DNA of 64,000 bases, from the IMG/VR virus record IMGVR_UViG_3300021387_000452; one strand, given 5' to 3'. Position numbers and translations under genes: made by a program. This stretch comes from a virus (Duplodnaviria > Caudoviricetes). Of the stretch, positions 32,472 to 39,749 are shown one piece after another. The notes beneath the pieces are model-generated. The model ran no database searches. It saw only the letters and a list, made by a program, of their open reading frames with translations, and was not told where the DNA came from. Within the stretch, counting starts at the first letter, position 1; every line of letters starts with the position of its first letter.

Positions 32472-32924
32472 CTAATCACTACTAATATACTGCAATACAC
32501 ACATTGATAAAGCATTGGCTTCTTTTGTAGTACCACGCTTTTGAAAGTTAGTCCCACCTCTATTATAAGCCTTCACCAAAAGTGCAACATGCTTAAATCT
32601 CTCTTGTAAATGTTTGATATATCTAGCGGCTGCTATTGTATTACATTTAATGTCATCAATATCTTCCAGTGAGCAGCCATCTGGCATGTAATGCTTATAT
32701 GTACTCGGCATGAGCTGAAAAAATCCTCTCGCGCCTTTCGAGGATGTTTTAACTCTGCATCCGCTTTCACAAACAGCTAAATAAAAATAATCAGAAGATA
32801 CTCCTTCTGATTCTAGTAAAGATGAAATCTCTTCTTGATATGGTAAACAGCTCTCCAATCTAGAATCAGCAAATGCCGAAATCGGGAAGAGAATCACCAT
32901 GAACATAATAAAAAGTTTAATCAT
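32472..32924 (-). CDS. Lytic transglycosylase (SLT) with signal peptide
   Basis: CESG, GARGFFQLMPST, AARYI, AYNRG. Confidence 0.85.
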   Translation of the reverse strand: MIKLFIMFMVILFPISAFADSRLESCLPYQEEISSLLESEGVSSDYFYLAVCESGCRVKTSSKGARGFFQLMPSTYKHYMPDGCSLEDIDDIKCNTIAAARYIKHLQERFKHVALLVKAYNRGGTNFQKRGTTKEANALSMCVLQYISSD

Positions 32925-32932
32925 ATATTCCT

Positions 32933-33547
32933 CTATTCAATGAATGATTTATTCACAAATAAGTTATACAAGTTACACCCTATGAAGTTAAACAGAATCA
33001 CTACTAGAAGCCTAGAAGTAAGACCCCATATATTATCATAGAATACTGAACTAGCTCCATAATAGAATGAATCTAGAACACAATGAAAACCACCAATAGC
33101 TAAGAATGAGAATACACATGCTATGTGTAATAAATAGCCTGATCTTAGATTATCAAATTTGGCGGCTAATGTTAATAAAAATCCAGTTATCAGAGACATC
33201 ATAATGCAAAGCAAATAGTCTGATGATAAATGGCTCAGCACTATCTTATCAGCATTGCTTACTATAGATTGATTTAGAAATCTTGATATAAGCCCAAATA
33301 AGAAAGCAGCTATCACATTAAGTATAAGAACTAAAATCAGTCTACGAAAGTCAATTGAGTCAGATAGAAATCCAGACTTATTAGTAAAAAGATTCAGATT
33401 AAGTACGCTACATGACAAAAAGCATATAGACGCTAATGCTGATCCAATCATAGAGTCATGACTTAGTAGATATAAGCATCCACCAATACCGACTACTATA
33501 CCAGCAAGTAATGACCTAGATATGACATGATCAACTGGATCTATCAT
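32933..33547 (-). CDS. Formate/nitrite transporter (FNT)-family membrane protein
   Basis: About 6 TM segments; LAGIVVGIG, LNLFT, GFHCVLD, NFIG. Confidence 0.65.
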   Translation of the reverse strand: MIDPVDHVISRSLLAGIVVGIGGCLYLLSHDSMIGSALASICFLSCSVLNLNLFTNKSGFLSDSIDFRRLILVLILNVIAAFLFGLISRFLNQSIVSNADKIVLSHLSSDYLLCIMMSLITGFLLTLAAKFDNLRSGYLLHIACVFSFLAIGGFHCVLDSFYYGASSVFYDNIWGLTSRLLVVILFNFIGCNLYNLFVNKSFIE

Positions 33548-33629
33548 CTTGTACTCTCCTCATATAAAACAAATGCCTATGCAACATATAAATATACATC
33601 GCATAGGCATTCATCTTAATCATCCCAAT

Positions 33630-34532
33630 CTAATCATCTACTCTCTTTAATATAATGCGAACATATGTTGGTTTGTTTGGTGCTAGACACGGGCCTCTTG
33701 TTTTCCAAGGTGGCTTATCAAGATTCACCAAATCACCAGTAATACGACCAAGCTCAAAATCTAACTCATCATAATTGTTAAATACACCAATAATCTTAAA
33801 CTTACTTGGATCATGCTTGGTCAAATATGTAATAGGGACACCGATATAACCATCATAATCAAACGGAATATCAGCTACCTTATTACAATTTATCGCATCA
33901 AAATTCACATACTTCTGATGAATGTTTGGGTCATACTGAACAGATAGATCCAAACTGTAAAGTCTATTAACATCTAAATTTGTGAATGTTGTAATTGAAG
34001 CCACCTTTACATACGAGACATTATCTCTCATATACACCTTAGACTTTGGGTCATTAGCATATTCCATAGGAACTTCAAACTCACAAGTTTTATTTGCAAT
34101 GTAGCCAAGTCTAATGTGATCTTTAATAAGCATAGAAGATACTTGCTTATAACAGATACAATTATTAGTTCCCCAAATAATAAACTTCTTACTAAGCTTA
34201 TCTAGCAACTCAAGAAATTGTCTGAATAGGCTAAACGGTGGATTAGTTACAACAATATCACAATGGCTGTAATTATCTATTGCTACTTCACTTAAACAAT
34301 CAACTCCGTCTTGAAGAGATGTATAAACCAAATCTTCAATTAGCCCATTGGCTTTTAACTCTGAAAAGTATTTGACGAAAGCTGAATCTTCAGTGTCGCA
34401 TGGACAATAGATTGTTTTGCCTTTGAACTGATCAAGATAATGATCGAGCTCAAACTTAACATCTGTATATAGAGTATAAAACTCATCCTTCTTGGATGAG
34501 CGTGCTACAGATAATCGTTGTCTTGTAAACAT
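33630..34532 (-). CDS. Adenine-specific DNA methyltransferase, EcoRI family
   Basis: KKDEFYT, IYCPCD, DIVVTNPPFSLFR, DIPFDYDGYIGVPIT. Confidence 0.88.
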   Translation of the reverse strand: MFTRQRLSVARSSKKDEFYTLYTDVKFELDHYLDQFKGKTIYCPCDTEDSAFVKYFSELKANGLIEDLVYTSLQDGVDCLSEVAIDNYSHCDIVVTNPPFSLFRQFLELLDKLSKKFIIWGTNNCICYKQVSSMLIKDHIRLGYIANKTCEFEVPMEYANDPKSKVYMRDNVSYVKVASITTFTNLDVNRLYSLDLSVQYDPNIHQKYVNFDAINCNKVADIPFDYDGYIGVPITYLTKHDPSKFKIIGVFNNYDELDFELGRITGDLVNLDKPPWKTRGPCLAPNKPTYVRIILKRVDD

Positions 34533-34562
34533 ATCTCTAAACAGATAAACAGGTTAAACAAG

Positions 34563-34635
34563 TGCCCCAAGAAAGACTCGAACTTCCGACCGCCGCATTA
34601 CAGGTGCGATGCTCTACCAACTGAGCTATTAGGGC
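34563..34635 (-). tRNA. tRNA-Thr(TGT), C33 variant
   Basis: Cloverleaf; stem TCGCA/TGCGG, loop CCTGTAA. Confidence 0.9.
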
Positions 34636-34638
34636 AAA

Positions 34639-34727
34639 CGAAGAGAGTAGGATTCGAACCTACGGTACGGTGTAACCCGTACGACTGAATAGCAATCAGT
34701 TGCCTTCAACCACTCGGCCATCTCTTC
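34639..34727 (-). tRNA. tRNA-Ser(GCT)
   Basis: Long variable arm; ACTGA-TTGCTAT-TCAGT. Confidence 0.92.
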
Positions 34728-34731
34728 ACGA

Positions 34732-34815
34732 TGTCAGCAGAGAGACTCGAACTCTCAAGCCTTTCGGCGGCAGCTTCTAAGACTGCTGCGTTTACCCAAG
34801 TTTCGCCATGCTGAC
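34732..34815 (-). tRNA. tRNA-Leu(TAG)
   Basis: GCAGT-CTTAGAA-GCTGC; long variable arm. Confidence 0.92.
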
Positions 34816-34820
34816 ATAAA

Positions 34821-34907
34821 TGGGCGTGGAAGGACTCGAACCTTCTTCTCCGAATGCATCTCTGCATTCCTCGCGAGAGGTGTTTTACCAAGATAAACTA
34901 CACGTCC
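34821..34907 (-). ncRNA. tRNA-like RNA with non-canonical anticodon arm
   Basis: Acceptor, D and T arms present; centre is CCTC-TCGC-GAGG plus AATGCA-GAGA-TGCATT. Confidence 0.7.
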
Positions 34908-34909
34908 TA

Positions 34910-34981
34910 TTGTGAGTATTGGATTCGAACCAATTCTATGAGTGTATGAGGCTCATGTGCTAACCATTACACCAACTCACA
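34910..34981 (-). tRNA. tRNA-Met/Ile2(CAT)
   Basis: Loop CTCATAC; C31-A39 mismatch. Confidence 0.8.
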
Positions 34982-34988
34982 TTATAAA

Positions 34989-35089
34989 TCTGGCTGCTGG
35001 GATTCGAACCCAAAACCTCTGATCCCTTAAATTAATTTAAGGTGACTATCTCATCAGTGTTCTGTTATCATGTTTTAAACTACAGCCCA
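34989..35089 (-). ncRNA. tRNA-like RNA with a hairpin inserted in the anticodon loop
   Basis: CTGAT/ATCAG stem encloses GAGATAGTCA plus CCTTAAAT-TA-ATTTAAGG; T-arm TTGGG-TTCGAAT-CCCAG. Confidence 0.7.
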
Positions 35090-35093
35090 TAAG

Positions 35094-35165
35094 ATGGAGA
35101 ATATCAGAATCGAACTGATGTCTATAGAATGCAAATCTATTGTTCTCCCGCTGAACTAATTCCCC
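35094..35165 (-). tRNA. tRNA-Ala(TGC)
   Basis: G3-U70; ATAGA-TTTGCAT-TCTAT. Confidence 0.92.
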
Positions 35166-35279
35166 ATAAAAGACGGAGGTGTTATTTAGATAGCAGTTCT
35201 ATTTCAACTACAGGGCACACACCTGAAACCTCTTTGTTGGTTAGCCTCGCCAACATTGCCCGATTTGAACGGGACTTGA

Positions 35280-35352
35280 CGGGAAATGTAGGACTCGAAC
35301 CTACGACTCCGGACTTAACAGGACCGTGTTCTACCGACTGAACTAATTTCCC
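35280..35352 (-). tRNA. tRNA-Asn(GTT)
   Basis: CGGTC-CTGTTAA-GTCCG. Confidence 0.9.
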
Positions 35353-35356
35353 ATAA

Positions 35357-35429
35357 TAGCGGGAGCTGGATTCGAACCAACGATCTCTGGGTTATGGGCC
35401 CAGAATGTTAACCACTACACTATCCCGCA
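35357..35429 (-). tRNA. Initiator tRNA-fMet(CAT), C33 variant
   Basis: Unpaired 1:72; GGG/CCC in the anticodon stem; loop CCCATAA. Confidence 0.88.
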
Positions 35430-35517
35430 ATAAGATAAATAAACACCTGTTTAACGATACAGGCAATCGGGGTTATTTAGTCCTCAAACAATCGGACATG
35501 TCGTATCCCAACGGCAA

Positions 35518-35589
35518 TAGCGGATGACAGAGTCGAACTGTCTTAAAGAGTTTATAAGACTCACGTAATAACCGGTATACGAATCCGCT
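35518..35589 (-). tRNA. tRNA-Ile(TAT)
   Basis: GAGT-CTTATAA-ACTC; acceptor AGCGGAT/ATCCGCT, A73. Confidence 0.85.
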
Positions 35590-35594
35590 GTAAA

Positions 35595-35669
35595 TCGGAG
35601 TGGCGAGACTTGCACTCACAAACCTCCCGGACCCAAACCGGGCGCTCTACTAAATTGAGCTACACTCCG
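35595..35669 (-). tRNA. tRNA-Pro(TGG)
   Basis: CCCGG-TTTGGGT-CCGGG; C1-G72. Confidence 0.92.
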
Positions 35670-35674
35670 ATAAA

Positions 35675-35747
35675 TACACCATGAAAGACTCGAACTTTCG
35701 ACCCACGGCTTAGAAGGCCGTTGCACTTCCAACTGTGCTAATGGTGC
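35675..35747 (-). tRNA. tRNA-Arg(TCT)
   Basis: ACGGC-CTTCTAA-GCCGT. Confidence 0.92.
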
Positions 35748-35875
35748 AAATAGATATTATCATAATCTCACGATTATTAACACCCTAATAATCCACTTAG
35801 AAAAACACTAAACATACTCACTTTCATTGTTGCCAATTCCAGTGAGTTCTATATAGGTAACCAGTCTATATAGAA

Positions 35876-35959
35876 TGCTTCAACAGAGACTCGAACTCTG
35901 ACGCCACTTAAGGCAATGGCTTCTAAGACCATTATGTCTACCAATTTCATCACTGAAGC
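35876..35959 (-). tRNA. tRNA-Leu(TAG), second divergent copy
   Basis: ATGGT-CTTAGAA-GCCAT. Confidence 0.9.
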
Positions 35960-35963
35960 ATAA

Positions 35964-36036
35964 TGGAGAAGTGTAGGAATCGAACCTACGACCTACGGAT
36001 TACTCTCCGCAACTCTACCACTAAGCTAACTTCCCC
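35964..36036 (-). ncRNA. tRNA-like RNA with 6-nt anticodon loop and 8-bp acceptor
   Basis: GCGGA-GAGTAA-TCCGT; GGGGAAGT/ACTTCTCC; normal D and T arms. Confidence 0.7.
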
Positions 36037-36211
36037 AAAAGGAGCGGGCCAAATTTTATTTCACAACAATACTTAACCCTAGCAGAACATGACATGAAAA
36101 TGGAAGAATGTTGATTCTCGACAACATTGATCTCATTTATATTATACATAACTTAGAAAGAGAATGCAACTAAATTATGCATAATCTTATCATCTCATTT
36201 AAAGATGATAA

Positions 36212-36284
36212 ACAGGCCACAGAGGATTCGAACCTCTATCCTCGGTTTTGGAGACCGAGATGCTGAACCATTACACCAGCAACC
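36212..36284 (-). tRNA. tRNA-Trp(CCA)
   Basis: TCGGT-CTCCAAA-ACCGA. Confidence 0.92.
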
Positions 36285-36286
36285 TA

Positions 36287-36360
36287 TGGTTCCGTGAACA
36301 GGAATTGCACCTATACTGGCGGAGTCAAAGTCCGCTGTTCTACTATTAAACTATCACGAA
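36287..36360 (-). tRNA. tRNA-Gln(TTG)
   Basis: GCGGA-CTTTGAC-TCCGC; encoded CCA. Confidence 0.9.
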
Positions 36361-36364
36361 GTAA

Positions 36365-36436
36365 TTCCGGGAGCTGGAATCGAACCAACATTAACTGGGT
36401 CAGAGCCAGTCGTCCTAGCCATTAAACGATCCCGAA
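36365..36436 (-). tRNA. tRNA-Gln(CTG)
   Basis: ACTGG-CTCTGAC-CCAGT. Confidence 0.9.
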
Positions 36437-36574
36437 GTAAAGGCTAAATTTTATCTCACGACAATATTTAGCCATGAGGAGCAAAAATTAGAGCAATCAG
36501 TTTGTAGTGCTGTCTTGTTCTAACATATTTAATATACATAATCAAATCAGCAATTTAACTAAATTGATATGTAT

Positions 36575-37270
36575 TTTGACTATCCCCAGGAGCATGAGAA
36601 TTCTTGATTTACATCTACTCTCATTCGAGAACTCAGCTTTATTCCTTCACGAGATAATCTTATAAATCTGATGCCTCACCTTAATTGGCAATCCGGATTA
36701 TCACCCACTAGTAAATGACCTCTAGAAAGTCTCCTAGCTGTTAAAGGACTACTCGTTCGAATAGTAGGTGTTCCAAGTACAGAATTACCTATATCACTAT
36801 AGGTTGCCATAATCCTAAGCGGCCGTGTACTTAAGTCCCATACAGGAATCATGGTCTTTTTTTTGAATCTCATGTTTGAGCATTATTCAAATCACAGAAT
36901 AAGAGGCTTAGAGATTACTCTATAAATATCTTACTGTGTGCTGTTACGCCAAAGTGGAGTGCAATCCTTACCAGTTACGGGGTGATTGCCTACTTCAATC
37001 GGAGTGACCAATAACCTATATACCATTATACTTCACTCTGTCAATTTGGTATATAACCTGATCCGCCTTAATCAGCCGTTGCACTTCTCGTAATGCAGTG
37101 TTTAGTTCTGCCCGAGGTTTGCAATTCTGTAAGATTTATCGCGAATAAATCTGGAATATGTGACCTTTAAGCGTTCTACATCTTGGTAGATATAGAATCA
37201 GGATATATGCTATTGGCGATTGCCACACTCATTAAGGATGGGTGCTTCTAACCCAACCACAATAAGATTT
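36575..37270 (-). ncRNA. Large structured ncRNA (GOLLD/ROOL-like candidate) with a 23S rRNA H43/H44-like domain
   Basis: ~700 nt with no credible ORF inside the tRNA cluster; GTTGGGTTAGAAGCACCCATCCTTAATGAG and GGCGTAACAGC; long-range stems. Confidence 0.7.
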
Positions 37271-37272
37271 AA

Positions 37273-37360
37273 TACCAGTGGAGAGACTCGAACTCTCAAG
37301 TAACGCCATGTTACGCGCCGATTTTGAGTCGACTGCCTTTGCCGATTTGGCTACACTGGC
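37273..37360 (-). tRNA. tRNA-Leu(CAA)
   Basis: GTCGA-CTCAAAA-TCGGC; long variable arm. Confidence 0.92.
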
Positions 37361-37364
37361 TCAA

Positions 37365-37446
37365 TGCGAGAAGTGGGAATCGAACCCACAAGCCAAATGG
37401 CGTAGCATTTTAAGTGCTATGTGTTTACCAATTTCACCATTCTCGC
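37365..37446 (-). tRNA. tRNA-Leu(TAA)
   Basis: TAGCA-CTTAAAA-TGCTA. Confidence 0.92.
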
Positions 37447-37451
37447 AAAAC

Positions 37452-37547
37452 CATAGTATGAAAGGCACGACTCTCACGTACTGCCAAGCTCCAATTGCTA
37501 CCCCATCCCGGTTTAGACAACTGGTTTGCCAAGCTCCCATACTATAG
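37452..37547 (-). ncRNA. Candidate small RNA
   Basis: Terminal stem TATAGTATG/CATACTATG; internal direct repeat GGAGCTTGGCA x2. Confidence 0.45.
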
Positions 37548-37555
37548 TTAGTTAA

Positions 37556-37719
37556 CAAGTCATTTCCATTACCATACGTTAGGACTTTTTCAGGCTCTAC
37601 GTTCTGTTACTCTATTACATTCAACCGTCTTACGTATATGCACCTTGTGCACCAAATACATACAGTGGGCGATGTGTATTCTTTACCATGCAGACTAGCT
37701 CTTCGTAGCAATGACTTGT
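37556..37719 (-). ncRNA. Candidate ~165-nt RNA
   Basis: 10-bp terminal stem ACAAGTCATT/AATGACTTGT, between tRNA genes. Confidence 0.45.
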
Positions 37720-37721
37720 AA

Positions 37722-37799
37722 TGGAAAATGAAAGAATCGAACTTTTCATCTAACGACCCAATAAAGGGTCGGTTATTTTACCAGTTAAACTAATTTTCC
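37722..37799 (-). ncRNA. tRNA-like RNA with extended anticodon stem
   Basis: GGAAAAT/ATTTTCC acceptor; CGACCC-TTTATT-GGGTCG arm; bulged T stem. Confidence 0.7.
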
Positions 37800-37804
37800 A
37801 TAAA

Positions 37805-37976
37805 TGAGAAATGTAGGATTTGAACCTACTCCTTTCATGGCATCTAATATAATTCCTATAATTGTGTTAATCCTGAACTTATAGAGAAGTGACTCTCTAC
37901 TCGGGAATTGAACCCGACCAATTATAGGTATTAGTTTATAGCTTCATGAATATTCTACCAACTAAACTAATTTCAC
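37805..37976 (-). ncRNA. Two-headed tRNA-like RNA (circularly permuted tRNA nested in the anticodon arm)
   Basis: Outer D/T/acceptor arms, long connecting helix, inner T-arm, capped acceptor and D-arm. Confidence 0.75.
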
Positions 37977-37980
37977 ATAA

Positions 37981-38064
37981 TGGAGAGGGGAAGATTCGAA
38001 CTTCCGAAGCCTTTCGGCGCAGAATTTACAGTCCTGACCTGTTGACCGCTTAGGTAACCTCTCC
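37981..38064 (-). tRNA. tRNA-Tyr(GTA)
   Basis: CAGGA-CTGTAAA-TTCTG; long variable arm. Confidence 0.92.
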
Positions 38065-38091
38065 AAGCAAATTAAATAGATATCTTTCTTT

Positions 38092-38136
38092 TATTCAGTT
38101 GTCAAAGATCTTAGAACTATCTATTAGTTAGTTCTA
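38092..38136 (-). promoter_or_regulatory. rRNA-type boxA with upstream boxB-like hairpin at the head of the tRNA operon
   Basis: TAGAACTA/TAGTTCTA hairpin followed by GATCTTTGACAACTGAATA. Confidence 0.7.
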
Positions 38137-38411
38137 TTGAATCTTGCTTTTCGTAAACTGTCTATAGGCTTTCATCCAAGCTGGATTAAAACCATCAAGA
38201 ACTATCTTTGATTTAAAGTCGTTTGTCGGGACGACATCTTTATAGATATTTGAAATTGTAGAAGCATCTTCTTCAGAAAGAAGATTAAGATCAAGCCCAC
38301 CAATATAGACATCATTTTCTTTAATGACGAAGACCTTACGAGATTTCGTACCATTGGATGATGTATAGGTAAACTCTTTAATCATAGCAAACTCTCCTTT
38401 TGTTCTCTAGT

Positions 38412-38478
38412 ATTGGAAGGAACCATTCCCTCCAATCTATGAGATCTATATACCAAAAAGTTTCGCAGTCGTAAACAA
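38412..38478 (-). promoter_or_regulatory. Cassette copy 7
   Basis: Leader ATTGGAGGGAA-TGG-TTCCTTCCAAT; TTTACG/TATAGA. Confidence 0.75.
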
Positions 38479-39307
38479 GTTTTTGCAAAAATTTCACTTT
38501 TTCACCGGAACGTATGTAATCGTTTGTTTTGGCTCAAATTCTTCTGCACAACATTCACATAAGCAATCTTCATAAAACATACTTTCACTATAGGTCTGAG
38601 TAACACCATTTACTCCAACAAAGCCATCTTCACATTTATAGACTGACGTGGAAGTTTCAAACCATCTATGTTTATCAACATAAAGACCACGAGCTACTAC
38701 TTCTAAGTCAAAGTCTTCTTCAAATGAATATAAAGACCAGTACTTTGTGCTGTTCACTTTCTCAATTACTTCTGCTACTTTCATGATTATTCTCCTTATT
38801 TAGAAATTAAGATGAACCACTCATCTTAAGGTGTATACTCTCTTATGATCTCAGACTTTATTATAGTCTTGATCAATTGCCATCTATTCTGCTTAAGATA
38901 GTTACTATTTGCTATTGTCTTTAAAGCTTCCTCTTCTGATAAGAAAACTTTTGGAGAACTATTCCACCAATCATAGCCAACATCATCGCCACGATATTCT
39001 ATCCAATCGGATGATGAAGCAGTAACAAGTGGAATTAGAATAGTGTAATGAACTACGTCTACCATATAACACTCTCAATGTAAATGCTTTTTAAGAAAGT
39101 CCTCAAACTTAAGACATGATTTATCTTTGCTACTAATATGAATTATGTTATCACAGTGATGACACACAATACCTTGATCTCTGACTATCTCTTCTGTAAA
39201 CATTGATAAGCTAAACTCTTTTCCACAATATGGACATTTTGATTTGAATTGATGCTTTTCATAGTATTCTTGTTTAGTCATGATCAACCTCCAACTAAGT
39301 AACCAAA

Positions 39308-39384
39308 CTAAGGAAGTATTTCGTTCCTTAGCTTTATGAGTTACTTATAAGCCAAATCAAAAATCATGTAAACAAAAATCACCG
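39308..39384 (-). promoter_or_regulatory. Cassette copy 8 (variant loop)
   Basis: CTAAGGAA-CGAAATAC-TTCCTTAG; TTTACA/TATAAG; CGGTGATTTTTG. Confidence 0.7.
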
Positions 39385-39749
39385 AACAAAATTGCTAATG
39401 CTCAAGTATGTCTTCCACTACACGGTCTATCGTGTCCATACCAAATGGAGAGATATGGTAAACAGCTTGTTCTAAACCATAGATCTCATTTCTAAACGAG
39501 TCTATAGTTGCGGTAATCGTTCCATAACAACAGTCTTCATACTTCTTAGCAATTCTTTTCACGTGAGGTGTAAGAGCTTCTTTTAATTCTTTAACTGTTT
39601 TACACTTTAGAAATGGAGCTCTTAAGTCATCATACTGCTTATTAACGCTATATTCCAATGAGCTATAAACACCGTACTTCATAAGTAACCTCCATGAAAA
39701 GAATAGGCACATGTAAATAAAATACACGCGCCGTAGTAGTCATTTAATC

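Noticed and set aside
35040-35060. Hammerhead ribozyme core CTGATGAG
   Set aside because: No downstream GAAA or stem II/III arrangement; the bases form the tRNA-like anticodon stem.
37228-37257. 23S rRNA gene or host contamination
   Set aside because: Only ~30 nt plus a distant 10-nt block resemble rRNA, with compensatory changes; the flanks are not rRNA-like.
36575-37270. tmRNA, RNase P RNA or group I intron
   Set aside because: I could not find tmRNA GGGG/TCCACCA ends, the RNase P P4 signatures (GAGGAAAGTCC, AAAACCCGGCTTA) or group I P7 elements by eye.
34706-37558. Track ORFs at 34706, 35129, 36676, 37278 and 37361
   Set aside because: They overlap tRNAs or structured RNA and lack an SD or protein-like features.
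37722-37799. Ochre suppressor tRNA or stop-codon recoding
   Set aside because: The loop geometry is not a canonical 7-nt anticodon loop, and recognisable genes are full length in code 11 using TAA, TAG and TGA stops.
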